From NCBI RefSeq assembly GCF_009914755.1, contig NC_060942.1: a stretch of DNA of 64,000 nucleotides; one strand, given 5' to 3'. Positions 1 through 13,227 of this stretch are shown piece by piece. The translations under genes were made by a program, and so were the position numbers. Position 1 is the stretch's first letter. Each line of letters opens with the position of its first letter. Below the pieces are notes generated by a model, which was not told where the DNA came from, made no database searches, and saw nothing but the letters and a program-made list of their open reading frames with translations. The stretch comes from the human T2T-CHM13v2.0 reference genome, Homo sapiens.

Positions 1-859
1 ATTTAAACGGTAGACTCAATGGTGGTTTCTTTGCTTCACTTTGCTTTGCATTGCTTTTTCCCCCACTCTCCTCCCAACTTCATAGGCGATTTTTTCAGAC
101 AGGACCTAGCAATTTAACTACAGGGGGAAAGTGTCTAAGAAGACAGAAAACCATGAGGGGTAAATCCGTTATGTGTCTTCCTTGGAGAATAGCATACTCT
201 CTCACTGCTGCCCCACAACTTGACTGTATCAGTGTATCTATGAAAGACCTGTCCTCAGATAAAAAAAAAGAAAAGGTAAAACATAGAATATTCTCACTAT
301 CATTTCCCCAGACAGTATTTATGTGACACAGAGAAATCAGGTCAATCAGGTAGACAGGGATTTTTTTTTTGAACATTATCAATCGTTCAAATTGACTAGA
401 CTTTTTTTTTTTTTAACTAAACCAAATGAATAATTTGACACCATGGAGAGATAGCCTTACTCAATTTGTTTATTTATTTTAAATATCAATATTATTGTGA
501 AATATTAGGAGAGCTATATCTAAATGTCTTTTATTCTTATCTTAGTTTTCCCAAAAGTAAAACATTTTCTGAATGAGAAGCTTATACTAGATTCTGAAAT
601 TCCATTACCTTTAATAGGTAGTGATGGAAACATGAGCACGACCATGACCACATATATGTTCTTCTAGTGACACTTTATACACAACAGTATGATTGCAGAG
701 ATTGAGACTTAAAATTGTATTATGCTTTTGAGCACATTACACCTTATCATCTATACTTTTCTCATTGCAAAATAAGCAAGAGGAGTAGAAAATGATATTT
801 TGTTGAAAAACTGAACTTATGTGTTTATCAGTTTATATTGATATAACAGGGAGTCCAAG

Positions 860-1175
860 TCTTAGTGGCACAACATAACAAAAGTTTCTTACATACATTA
901 AATTTATTTCTGACATATGCAACCTTCACCACAGTTTGGCTGAGGGTTCTGTTCATTGTAGCCACTCAGGAATCCATTGTATTGTAAGAGCTGCCATCTT
1001 TAATAAGGCTAATCACTATGCTAGAGAGAAAAGACATCTCTGAAAGGCCTCACAGTAATAATTAAATATTTTGGCCCAGAAGTGACATGGCTTCATACAA
1101 TCATAAGAAAACCATGAAGGGTAAATCAACTATGTGTCCAGAAGGTAGAGACCCAGAAATATTTTAGGTACCACA
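860..1175. mobile_element. Degraded MLT1-type (MaLR) LTR fragment
   Basis: Motifs GGCCCAGAAGTGACATGG and ATGTGTCCAGAAGG resemble recalled MLT1 consensus; highly diverged, boundaries approximate. Confidence 0.4.
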
Positions 1176-1193
1176 TTAATAAATGCCATACCC

Positions 1194-1535
<342 letters not shown>

Positions 1536-1623
1536 TCAGGACCAAAATATATTCCTCATACCCATCTATGGATTTCCTCTTTGCTAGATTTTCCCAAGGC
1601 CGTTCTGAGGGCAGAAGAAACTA

Positions 1624-1628
1624 ACACA

Positions 1629-1660
<32 letters not shown>

Positions 1661-1686
1661 GATGTAAATACACACATACACACACT
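1624..1686. repeat. (CA)n microsatellite, interrupted
   Basis: Direct CA dinucleotide run with a few interruptions. Confidence 0.95.
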
Positions 1687-2039
1687 TTCATACTTTCTTT
1701 TCTCCTTCCCAGTACTATTGAGTAAAAAAATAAATAAGTATCTTGCTTAAGGCAATAAATTGATGTGATGAGATCATGAGAAATGCTATAAAAGCTCGAA
1801 GATGGGTTCAACTTTATGATAAAAGTTGGCAGCTGCAAGTGCTCTGGATTTTGGCTCAAGAGTATAACAGTGTAGGAAAAGGGCATAAACACAAAGGGAA
1901 GATACAGTGATAGGAAGGATAGAATCTGAAGAAAAGTATTTCCAGGGCTTGGGCAAATGCAAATATACAAACAGTTGGAAAATAGAGGATCAAAAGAGCA
2001 AAGACACCTGAGAATAAAGATAGGTGACAATTTTATTAG

Positions 2040-2170
2040 ATTCATTCATTCACTTATTTATTCTTTCAGCAATTACTAACTGATGCCTGACACCTGTTAA
2101 ACCTGTAGTTAGCTCTTGATACAGAAAGTACAAGATAAACCCAGTCATTCACTCCATGGAACTCATAGAC
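2040..2170 (-). mobile_element. L2 3' end fragment
   Basis: TTCATTCATTCACTTATTTATTC start is typical of a reversed L2 tail. Confidence 0.55.
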
Positions 2171-2296
2171 TTACACATAAAAGGGTAATATTATTATCAT
2201 AACTAATTTTTAACCTTCACTGAGAACTACTACAAATGCATGCACTCTGTGTTCATTGGAAATTATACCAAAAAAGTAAAAAATGTCAATTTTACA

Positions 2297-2384
2297 TGCT
2301 TCTTAAATTTATCAATATCAAATATCTTATTTAATTTTCAACCTGCTTCTTACATTTATCAATATCAAATATCTTATTTAATTT
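2297..2384. repeat. Tandem duplication, 47-bp period
   Basis: TGCTTCTTA(A/C)ATTTATCAATATCAAATATCTTATTTAATTT at 2297 and 2344, one mismatch. Confidence 0.9.
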
Positions 2385-2394
2385 AATAAAAACA

Positions 2395-2540
2395 AACTTA
2401 TGAAGTAATACTAGTATCATGTCCATTTATGAACAAGGACACTGAGGCTCAGAGAGATTTAACAACTTACCAAAAGTTTTGCACAAGAGCCTAAATTCAA
2501 TTTAAGAATTATGACCCTGTTTCTCACACTCTCAATTATT
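2395..2540 (-). mobile_element. MIR SINE fragment
   Basis: Core ...AAGGACACTGAGGCTCAGAGAGATTTAACAACTTACC matches the reversed MIR core. Confidence 0.75.
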
Positions 2541-2649
2541 GTTCAACAAAATTATAATAATAATAAAATAATTCACATGCAGGAGATTCAGTGTAATGAG
2601 AAGCAATGGGAAGGGCATAAAGAAGGGAAATAACATTATCAGAGTTACA

Positions 2650-3400
2650 TTTTCAAAATGTGATGGTCAACATGTATCTAGAATAGACTTTAGAAAGTCT
2701 AGAGTAGAAGAAAAAGGAAAACAAAGAAATTTATTGAAGTATTTTAAAAGCATGAGATTGGATTAGGGTGGTGGTAGAAAAGATGGAGGAAAATGGTCAG
2801 ATTTTGCAATACTTTGAACATATTGTTCCCAGATTGCATGTGGGTTTAAAAAAAGAGTGGGGAAAGTTGTTCTGAGGTTTGTGTCCTGATCATTTGGGTG
2901 AATAATGTGCTATTTACTGAGATGAGAAAAACATAAAAATTTGGGGGCAGGAGAAATCAAAAATTCTGCTCAGAAATCTTTCAGTTTGAAATAAAATATT
3001 AAGCCTTCCAATGGAGAAGAAGAAATGTCAGTCTGGCCATTGGAAACACATGTCTGGACTTCAAAAAAAAAAAAAAAGAAAGAGAGAAACAGGACTGGAG
3101 ACATAAATTTGGGATTCAACAGCATATAGATGGCATTTAAGTCATAGTCCTGGATGTCTGAGTGTAAATAAATCTCTGGGACTTTCAATATTTTCAGGTT
3201 GGGAAAAGGAAGAGGAACCAACAAAGAAGACTTAGAAGCAGTGGCCAATACAACAGGAAAATAACCGGGGGAATGTGGAATCCTGAAAGCCATGTAAGGA
3301 ATGCTTCCAGTTTCAAAGGAAAAAAGTGATCAACTGTGTCAAAAATTGCTGCTGATATGTCAAGTAAAATGGGATTTAATATGTTGGAGTTCATTGTCAG
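2650..3400 (-). mobile_element. L2 LINE fragment
   Basis: GGACTGGAGACATAAATTTGGGATTCAACAGCATATAGATGGCATTTAAGTC and neighbouring motifs match reversed L2. Confidence 0.8.
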
Positions 3401-4884
3401 TATACATATTGTCATTTAGATCCAGGTCACCCCTCACTTCAGATTTGTTAGAGATTTTAGTAACATAGCTTTAGACCACAGTCTTATTTTTTCTTTGGAA
3501 GCTACTGTTACCAAAAATTGAATTTTCAAGGCTTACTCCATTGAAGAGGCTAGTTGTTTTCTCCTAAAAGCATATGTTTAACTTAAATAGCTAGTATCAG
3601 ATAAGCAGTGGTGTCTGGAATTTTTAGCCAGCATAAACCACATAATCTCTTGCTACATGATAAAATAATCATATATATTTAAAAACATACTTCATAAAAT
3701 GATCATCAATAAGTAAAGAACACTTGCAACATAGTAACTCCAACTTGGCACATCATTTATCCTATTGATCCTCTTTGCATATTGGTTTTCAGGAAAACTT
3801 TTTTGTGTGTGTTCTGCCCTACAACTGCCATTTGGAAATTTGCTATTCAAAGCCCTCATGCTGCCTATGGCTGGCTGCTGTGCTTTTAGAGCAAAGGCAC
3901 AGAGTAGGACTGATCTACACAAGTACTCTAAAATAGTATCATTAAGCCCCTTAGTTAATTAGGTCTGGACTGCTCCCTTCTGCAATCAGAACAGGAATTA
4001 CATGCTCATTTCCTCTCTTATAGTGTCACCAAAAGAAAAAAAAATCTTTACAGAAAATGTGGCAGCTCCAGATGGTGACTTTCCATCAATTAAGAAAACA
4101 GATCATTTTAGTTAACCCTTGGAAATCTTACTGTCATCATTTTTTTCTCTTTTTTAAATCTATTAACTCTGTAAAAGATCTTAACATATGTTTGCTAATG
4201 ATTAATTATCTATAAATATCTACTGGACTTTATAAACACTTATACTCCATATAAAATTGAAAATTAAGAAAGACCAATACATTTTCCTAGTGAACACAAT
4301 AAATATATTTTAACAGAAAAATGATAACCCATGTACATGGGATTATCTGTCATTTTTAGAAGTCATTCTATTGTTCACAGCACCAGGTCCCCTGACAGCA
4401 CCAGGCCAGCAACTCTGCAGTCACCATTACCAGCTCTATTACCCACCACATGATGCCTGTATCCTTTCTCTTGAGTCCTAGCTGCTAAAAATTCCATTTA
4501 GATTGAAACATTCCAAATGTCTATATCCGAAGAGCTAATTTCTTATTTTACATATTTTCCTTAGCTATTTTGCAAGCATCTAAATGCTCTTGAGCACTTC
4601 CATCCCATAATGGGCAAAGACGGCACACACAAAAAAAGAGGCAATCCATTTGACTGCTTGTCAGTTGCAGCTCTGAAAAATCTATTTCCCTCTGGACAAG
4701 AGATTGGTTATGATTCATTAAACTCATTGACTTACTATGAACTCTTTTCGATTTCCCTAGTAACCCCCTTCCCCAGAAAAATGTTAATTGAACCAGCACA
4801 TTATAAAAATCAGAAGTTTGACTGAGATCTTTTTTGATTCCAAAAAATAAATTTAGTGAAGATACCATGATTTTCATATTGATC

Positions 4885-5379
4885 AAGATGTCCTTAATGT
4901 TGTCCTCAGCTCAACTGAACTTTAGACTGGCTTCTTCCTGCCTAGAGACCCCTGACCTCCCTTTACTTAGAGGATTTATTTTATAAAACTTGCCCTTGTT
5001 TTTTCTCTTCTCCTTTGAGATGTAAATCTTCAACGCAGGAATATTTTTTTTCAAGAACTTGTGAGCCATCCCATTGAAATGTAATTGTCAAAAAAGATAG
5101 AGCCCCTGTCTCCCTTCCTCTGTTGGAGAGTAGGAGGCTTTTCTTCAACAAGTGACAATTAACAAACACATAACCTGATCACATGGAGAAAATTCCCTCA
5201 TAACATCCTACAGTGCTTTTCAATTAGCTCACCCCGGTGGTTAAAAATCTCCCAGCTTTTTTTGCAGGGGGATTAAATTCAAACTCTTCTATTGCAAGTC
5301 TTGACCCTTACTGCAATAGTCTTGAATGAAATCTTCCTTTCCATTTTTAATAAGTACCTGGTGCAATTACTTTTTATAC
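4885..5379 (+). mobile_element. ERV1-class LTR, MER67-like
   Basis: CTCAGCTCAACTGAACTTTAGACTGGCTTCTTCCTG...CCCCTGACCTCCC...CCTTTGAGATGTAAATCTT and 3' GCAATAGTCTTGAATGAAATCTTCCTT. Confidence 0.7.
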
Positions 5380-5594
5380 TATAATAACAGGAACTGTGAA
5401 ATATGTGATCACAATATAAATGTAATTCTCATCCTACAGCTCGCAGTCTGTTCAATAAATAGAAATGAAAATGCATGAGAGAATTACTGAAAAAGTCAAG
5501 AGAATAGAGGTTCTATGAGAGAAGTCAATGTGATTTGGAAATGGCCTACAAATAAGATCATAAGTTAACACCTGTGTGAACACAAAGGTAATAT

Positions 5595-5705
5595 TGTTCA
5601 AAGAGCAACTCTGACTTTGCCACTAACTGCTCTGTGACCTTGAGCAGGTTACTTAATATCCAAGGATCTTGGATTTTTTATACATGAAATGGAGAGAATA
5701 GTCAA
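5595..5705 (+). mobile_element. MIR fragment
   Basis: GCCACTAACTGCTCTGTGACCTTGAGCAGGTTACTTAA is the MIR core. Confidence 0.75.
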
Positions 5706-5785
5706 TTTTGCTAGGTAATGAAACTTAAAAATAGCCATTGAGTAACTATGATATGATAGTTGTAAATTTCTAAATGTTTTATATA

Positions 5786-5822
5786 TATTAAAAATCAAAT
5801 GCCTAGTCAAGTCTCAATTTAG

Positions 5823-5857
<35 letters not shown>

Positions 5858-6685
5858 CAAGGTTAGGGATCATGGCCCCTGTCACAGCCTCAAGGGGTCC
5901 TGAGGACATGTACCCATGGTGTTGGGTTACAGCTTGATTTTATATATTTTAGGGAGGCAGAAGTTATAGTCAAAGACATAAATCAATACATTGGTTTGGT
6001 ATAATTGGTTCAGCCCTAAAGGCAGGACATCTGGAAGCAGGGGGTTTCCAGCTCATAGGAGGATTTCAAGATTTCCTGATTGACTGTTGGTTGAAAGAGT
6101 TAAGCTCTGCCTGAAGACTTCAACTCAGCTTGAGTCAAGGTAAGGCAGGAAAGGGTTCTGGAAGCCCAAGATTCCTGTCATGTAGATGGCACCTCCAAGT
6201 AGCAGGCTTCAGAGAGAATAGATGTAAATGTCTCTTCTCAGATCTTAAAAGGTGTCAGACTCTCTGGAAAAGACCTAGTAAGAGAAGGAGATTCTCTACA
6301 TAATGTAAATTTTCCCTGTAAGAGACTTTTGCAGGACCATTTCAACATATGTCAAAGAAACATATTTTGAGGTAAAATACTTTGATTTCCTTCAGGGCCC
6401 ACTGTCTGTCACATGATTTTACACCAGAGACAAGTTGGAACTTGGTATCTTATTTGCTACAAAGAATATGTTTTGTCAGTCGTAATATCTTTCTGCGTTA
6501 ATGTTGATGTTGGTCAGTCATGACTGAATTCTAAAGGGAGGAAAGTGTAATGCGCCATGTCTGACTCACTTTCCCTCATAGCCTGAACTAGCTTTTCAGG
6601 CTTTTTTTTTTTTTTTTACCCATTGGCCAAGAAGTTGTCCAGTCAGTCTGTTGCGGGGGGCTTAGAATTTTATTTTTGGTTCACA
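5786..6685 (-). mobile_element. MER4-family ERV1 solo LTR (MER4D/E-like)
   Basis: GCCAAGGTTAGG...ACAGCCTCAAGGGGTCCTGAGGACATGTACCC...CAGCTTGATTTTATATATTTTAGGGAG; ends GGGGCTTAGAATTTTATTTTTGGTTCACA. Left boundary approximate. Confidence 0.85.
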
Positions 6686-6780
6686 CATTCAATTTTCACA
6701 ATGTTAGATGGTACTATTATCATCTCTATTTTATATATGAGGAAACTGAGGCAAAAAGAAAGTAAATATCTTGGTAAAAA
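6686..6780 (-). mobile_element. MIR fragment, probably continuing 5725-5785
   Basis: GTACTATTATCATCTCTATTTTATATATGAGGAAACTGAGGC. Confidence 0.8.
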
Positions 6781-8264
6781 TAATCATTTCCTTTGTGGTT
6801 GACCTGCAGTGAAACTTTAAGCACTATACTTTACTGCTTACTTGACTCAAATAATAACTGTGAAAGTGTTTTCAAACTGAAAAAAGAATCAAATGTACTG
6901 AAAATAAGTATAAAAAGAAATCCACTCTGAAAATAATGAAAACTGGTTCACTTTTAAATTTCTGATTTTATGTATTGTAGTATGTAAGGAGTAATAAACA
7001 GAAACTCTATAAATGATGTTTTCCTGATATTCTTTTCAATTTATATATTCTACAAGATCAAATATCTGTCTTCCTCTTTCATACTTATTTGAAAATTCTG
7101 CTTAAATTTCTACATACCTAAATCAGCAGCATAATCCCTTGATAAATGCTTTTCTTCATAATGCTAAGAAGAACAGATTGAAATTGGTGCTTTCTCTCAA
7201 CTGAAAGCAAAGGAGAGAAAACCTAAGAGCTGCGAACCTTCCCTTTTGTTTATTCCACCTGGCTAACCACCCAAAGCAGCCTCTCTGATCTCTCCCTGGG
7301 GGCCTCAACTGCTGCTACCCAGAAGGTCAGGATTGTGCTCCACACATCTGTCACCATATTCCTCATGACTTTTAGGCACCAGAACCCAGAGGAATGGTAA
7401 AATTTAGCTGGGTTATTGGTAAATATTGATAGCGTGTATTAAAACATACTAGTGCATATGAGCTAGTTCTGCTATTTGGGGATTTTTGTTCTGTGACTCT
7501 CCTCGGTCTTGCCCGTTGCTTTTCAATTATTTGCACACTTGCATTAATGTATTGTGAGAGATAAGCAAGGATAAGGAGAATAATGCGAACTTAAATGAAT
7601 CCCTTCTATTACAGTTGTAAGCAAAAGTCTAATGGGGTAGAGCTGAAAATGACAGGCATTTGCCATTTGACTTTTGCTCTTGGGAAAATGGGTAATTTCA
7701 TCCACCTTTTTGCATTGTTCTATTTCTGGCATTTTTCCTACTAAGAAAAGTTTTCTTATGCAACAGCAAATAAATATTTATAACAACTCCTTGAAAATAT
7801 ATTAAAGATTAGCTTCAAGTTTCAGAAAACAATCTAACTGTTCAATATCTTTCAAAGCACAGGAAAATGTACAGTTTCTTTGTGTGTTCAGTATTGATTT
7901 TATCTGATGTAAAAATTGGATCAGCCTTAAGAGTCTGGAAGACAGCTATTTAACCATCCATTCAATTGACATTTAGTTGGGCTGCTCAAAAATTGTTCTT
8001 TGCTACTATAGCTAATTTATAAAATTAATAGTTAGAGATTAGTGCTCATGTATTTTTGAGTAAAGTATTTATTGAATAACTACTATGCTCTTATTCCTTA
8101 GTGTTATATAATATGTTATTTGGCCCTTTCTAAATTGTTACACCATATAACAGGCAGCAGGATAATTTGCTTAAGAAATAGAGATATTTATATTTACATA
8201 TATCTTATAAGGTATTTATAATATATGATGTGTTCATTTATACACGTATTTGCCTGGCTAGCAA

Positions 8265-8340
8265 GATGATTGATAGAAAGATAGATGGATAGATTAATAG
8301 ATATATAGATAAGTAGGTGGAAGGATAGGTAGATAGATGC
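8265..8340. repeat. Degenerate (GATA)n simple repeat
   Basis: GATAGAAAGATAGATGGATAGATTAATAGAT...GATAGGTAGATAGAT. Confidence 0.75.
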
Positions 8341-10109
8341 AATATAAGACAATAGTGCTTTATAAGTGTAAGACAATTTAGACAAAGAAAAGAATAGCAT
8401 ACAAAACATCATGCAGGCTAGAAAATAAAAGTTCTAAAAATATTGTAAGAATTCTGCAGGTCAGTGTTCATAAGGAGAATCATAGAAACTGAAAAGCAGA
8501 TATGCTTTAGTAATTATGGTTTTAAGCCCAAGCTTAATGTGGCCTAGAATCCCCTTGGTAGGGAATCTAAATGTTTCAATGACAAGACAGAGAGCTCTAA
8601 ACATGGACAACAAAAGGCAGAATCTTATATATACTGGGAAAATTTTAAGTTAAGTGCCAGAGACAGGCAAAGAACAAGCAAGATCATTACTAGGGAGTCT
8701 GGAAAGGTAATGGTCTTAAGAATGCAATAACAGAGGAAGGTGAGAAACAGGACAATCGTTGATGGGTACAGTTATACATGAGCAAACATATGCCAGTGGA
8801 CCAACCAGGATATTCCAGGAGCTCAATTTGTACTACAAAGTCGATAGATGCTGCGTTTAAAATACTTTTAAGTCCAACTTATTTCATTCTGAGTATTAGT
8901 GTCTTACCAAACACGTTTGTCCAGATTCTGATGCCATGAATGGAATTAATTGTGTAATGTGTGTGTATATCACTCAAAATAATAAGGAAACCAAGGCAAA
9001 AGTGAGGATAGTGAGGACTGGAGTGGCTACAGAAAGCCACTCCAAAAAATGGAACCTAAGCTGGTCATTGATATGTGGGCAGAAATGGACAGGCAGAAAG
9101 TGGTGATGGAGAAATTAGGGCAAAGAGTAAAGCTATGGGAGAAATAATGAGAGGATTTCAAGATAAGTGGAAGGAAATAAAGATTTTACATGAAATGTTC
9201 CAAATTACATTTAGCCTGTGCAATGTTAAATGCAGTACTGAATACCAGCTTCAGGAGTAATAAAGAATTAGGTGGTTTTCAACTGAAATAACACTTAAAT
9301 TTTTTTTCTATTTTAAACAAAAATGTTGATTTTTTAAGTTTATAATTTTAAAACAAGTTCCAGAGGCTGGACAGAGGACACAAGGGGGCACACAGCCTAG
9401 GTGAGAGCTACATGTGAAATGTCTATATTCATAGTTATATTAAGCGCTACTTAATTCTGCTTAGAGGAGTGAGTTGGGAGAGAGAAAAGAACATTTAATA
9501 GCTCATTTTCCCTGAGTTTCTCAATCAGGTAAGTACCATAGAACATGACATCATATTAGTGTGGATCTTGCTTTAAAAATAATTTATTTGTAAACATTTG
9601 GTGGACATGAGAGCTGGATTATAATTCTAACAAGCTGATGGAAGGTAAAATTTATATCAACTCCATGATGGCAAGGTCATTTGTTATTCCTTATTGGGTA
9701 ACATATTACAGATACTTGTTTCTGAAACCTTCAATTAATCACCATAACTCAGCACTCATGTACTTCTAGATATTAAGGAAAACTTTCAGGGGAAGACATT
9801 TTCAAAGAATTAACAATGGCAAAACCATGCTTTCCTTGTTCACTAGTTATTTGGAGTGAGGGTAGTTGTACACACTTCCCACTCTCCTACCATACACAGT
9901 TCTACCATAGTTCTACCATTTTATTCACATTATATTTGCCCATCTCCCTTTTGCATATCTAAATTGTGCATATTTTTCAAGGCCAAACTCAAAATATGGT
10001 AGCTACATAAACCCTTCCTTGATGATTCTAGTCTTCGTTCATCTCTCCCTTGCGCTAAAAAAAAAAAAAAAATTAATCTTAAAATGAAATGAAAGATAAA
10101 GGCAAGAGA

Positions 10110-10350
10110 ATGCCATGGTTGATGAACTAAGGTGGTGGATTTGAAAATACTTGGGTTTCAACCACTGTGCTGCTATTTTCTTTTAGCTGTCAGGCAAATT
10201 ACTTACTCTTCATTTTCCTCAATTTCTTCTGTTGTAGAATGGGAGCAATAGCAATGTTCAGGGCAGTTATAGGTATTGAATGAGAAGATTTTCCAACATG
10301 CTTTACATGGTACTTGATTGTAAATTCTCAGTAAATGTAAGACATTTCTG
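10110..10350 (+). mobile_element. MIR SINE
   Basis: TTGGGTTTCAACC...GGCAAATTACTTA...CCTCAATTTCTTCTGTTGTAGAATGGGAGCAATA...CTCAGTAAATGT. Confidence 0.65.
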
Positions 10351-11589
10351 CTAGTAAAATATTAGAATTACTATTAGTCCACCAAATCAGAGAAATTTTT
10401 AGAAATGAAACAACTCCATTTTTTACATTCACACCAACTGCAATGTTTTTTCTGTCAATAAAAATCTTAACTAGCCTTCCATATTCAGTCAAATCTTTTA
10501 TCTATCATTAAGACTGTCTCAAATACCTTAGTAATCATTAATCTCCTTTGAATTACCCTAGCATTCTTAGGGAGTTACATAATACTTTAACAACATGATT
10601 TATAGAACATTGAATGCACTTTGAATTCAAACAGACCGAAACTTGAATCTCTTCTCTGTCATTTCCTTGCTATGTATCATTAGACACGTAACTATAATTG
10701 ATCAAAGGTAAGGGATTTTACAAGTTCCATATAAAAAGATCTAAAAGAACTGTTCTACTTTCCAACTATGAGTCACATATTTAAATGTAATATTTAATTT
10801 TAAAATGTAGTTATACATATAAAAGCATTTGTTAAATAATATATTAATTCAGATATAGCATTTTCTCATATTTTATAAAAATTATTTATCCATTCATAGT
10901 CACCTTTGGTATCAGCATCTCATAAGTAAGTCATTTCTAAGGTCATCAAACCCTATTTTCCAGAGCTAGTTGAGATACTGCATTTTTGAATTTCTAAAAG
11001 ATGCTATCTATGGACATTTTACTTTAAGTCTCAAGTTTCATTTGCATAATGAAATAGTTGGCATAGTTGATTACTTTTTTCATTCGCTCTGTAGGAATAG
11101 CTGTGATCCAAATTATTTACTGCTTTTGGTTTTTAAAGGACTTTAAAGTTCTGTTTATAATCATCCCAGTACATGGAGTTGAGAGATTATATCAGGAATC
11201 ATTATTAAATCCATGTTAAGTTTCTTGGCCTCTCTTTTTTTTTTTTAATTTAAATTATATTTCTAGATTCATCCAACTCCAGCTATGACTGAGAATGTTT
11301 CAAATTAAGATGTCTCCATCTCATGCTATTTTATTGTGTAAAATAAGGTAACTGAGAGTGACCCAAATTTTAAGCAGTACCAAAGGACTCAACCATGAGG
11401 TTATTCTGTTTATGAGGGATAGTTTTGTATTTGAGCATACGTGGAACTCATCCTCCTTGTGTGTCAGCAATCTCACTTATAAAATAGTATTGCCTGTGTA
11501 TACCTACAGTTATAGAATTGTGGGGATGGTGAACTAAATGAGATGGCAGGCAACACACAGGGTAGCGTGCCCAGCACACTTTGCATCTT

Positions 11590-11690
11590 TCATACATTTT
11601 ACAGTTAGAAAGGGTGACCACACTCATCAGAGAATACTGACGGCAGGGTAACTTGCCCAAAGCAATGCAGCTAACATGAATCTGTACACA
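11590..11690 (-). mobile_element. MIR fragment
   Basis: CATTTTACAG...GGTAACTTGCCCAAAG. Confidence 0.5.
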
Positions 11691-12885
11691 GTTTATCCTT
11701 GAGTAGGCAGTTAAAAATACCTTTCTTAAATTGAATGTCCTATACTATATTATGCTATGCCATAATTTCTTAAATTGAATGTACTATAGATGAAAGTAAA
11801 CAACTTTGGAACTAGATGAGTAGAACAGTAATTCACAGCAGATGAAAAGGGTGAAAAAGTGAGGTGAATGGCTCAAATTTTTGGCACATGAGGACAGCAA
11901 AAAGAAAACAAAAACCAGTGACTGGAAAATGGTCCTAGAGATATAACTGGCAAGGAGGCTCAATGTATTGACAATTATTTTTTCCAAGTTAAGACTTTTG
12001 GTCTGGTAGTCGATTGATTCATATTAGTGTGAGTTTTAACTTTCCTGTACACAAGGGGTCTGAATTTATTCTAGATAGCTGTCACTTTGATATCTATCTT
12101 CTACCTTCTGTGTGTACTCTTATTTACTCGAGGCATTTAAAAACTGACACAACACATTGTTATTCATGAAGTAAATATATTTATAGAATAATTTTACATC
12201 ACTACCATTATGCCTTTAGAACTACTTGGTATATTTGTTTTTGATAGAAATTAAAATAAAATCACTTATTAAAATATATGCAACTATTAAAACACAGAGA
12301 TACTGAAATACAAATGTATACTTACTTAAATGGCTTTGCCTTTACTGTTAGTTCACATAGTACAGTTTGGAGCAGTTTGGCAATTAATTGATCTTAATTC
12401 TCGGGACTGACAATCATCTCTGGTTTCATCCTATTATCCCACTGATATTTTTCACCTATCTTTCATGTGAACTCTTTGCTCCAGTCACATAGAGCTCCTC
12501 ATTTCCACCCACAGACCCTACATAATAAATCTCAATGCTATGACTTCGTGTCACATCAGAAAAACCCATCACCTTTCTTTCCATTTATCAAAACTCGTTT
12601 GTTCAGATCCAGTCTTTTTGCTCCCGAGAACTTCCCCGTGATCCTATGTTGTTTTATCCTCATCCTGTTCAGAATTTCTACAGCTCTGATTATCATACCA
12701 GACCATCATAGAATTTCAGAAAATACTCTAGAGGTGACAAAATTTATAGACAGGAAAAGTGGAGTCTTTCAAAGAGTAAAATGAAATTTCCAGGAAAAAG
12801 AAAATAACATCAGCATGTTTCCAGGAGGGATGAAGGGCTTCCTTACAGAAACTCTATTATGCAATCTGCCATAAAGAATATAATA

Positions 12886-13227
12886 GGTATATCTCCTAAT
12901 GCTATCCCTCCCCCCTCCCCCCACCCCACGACAGGCTCCTGTGTGTGATGTTTGCCTTCCTGTGTCCCAGTGTTCTCATTGTTCAATTCCCACCTATGAA
13001 TGAGAACATGCGGTGTTTGGTTTTTTGTCCTTGCGATAGTTTGCTGAGAATGATGGTTTCCAGTTTCATCCATGTCCCTACAAAGAACATGAACTCATAC
13101 TTTTTTATGTAAATGGCGAGTTAATGGGTGCAGCACACCAACATGGCACATGTATACATATGTAATAAACCTGCACGTTGTGCACATGTACCCTAGAACT
13201 TAAAGTATAATTTAAAAAAAGAAAAAA
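12886..13227 (+). mobile_element. 5'-truncated, 5'-inverted L1PA (about L1PA3-5) 3' end
   Basis: 12886-13109 is antisense L1 3' sequence (CCCTCCCCCCTCCCCCCACCCC...TCCCACCTATGAATGAGAACATGCGG); 13107-13227 is the sense terminus (GAGTTAATGGGTGCAGCACACCAACATGGCAC...TAAAGTATAAT + A tail); 13-bp TSD AAAGAATATAATA at 12873-12885 and 13228-13240. Confidence 0.95.

Noticed and set aside
1584-2045. Longest ORF (153 aa, minus strand)
   Set aside because: Low-complexity hydrophobic frame running through a (TG)n repeat, with no recognisable domain.
9520-9540. Consensus splice donor CAG|GTAAGT (similar sites near 37843 and 44523)
   Set aside because: Isolated motifs with no convincing partner acceptor and open frame; expected by chance in 64 kb.
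12843-13073. 76-aa ORF MDETGNHHSQQTIARTK...
   Set aside because: Out-of-frame translation of the L1 ORF2 end and 3'UTR in the inverted segment.
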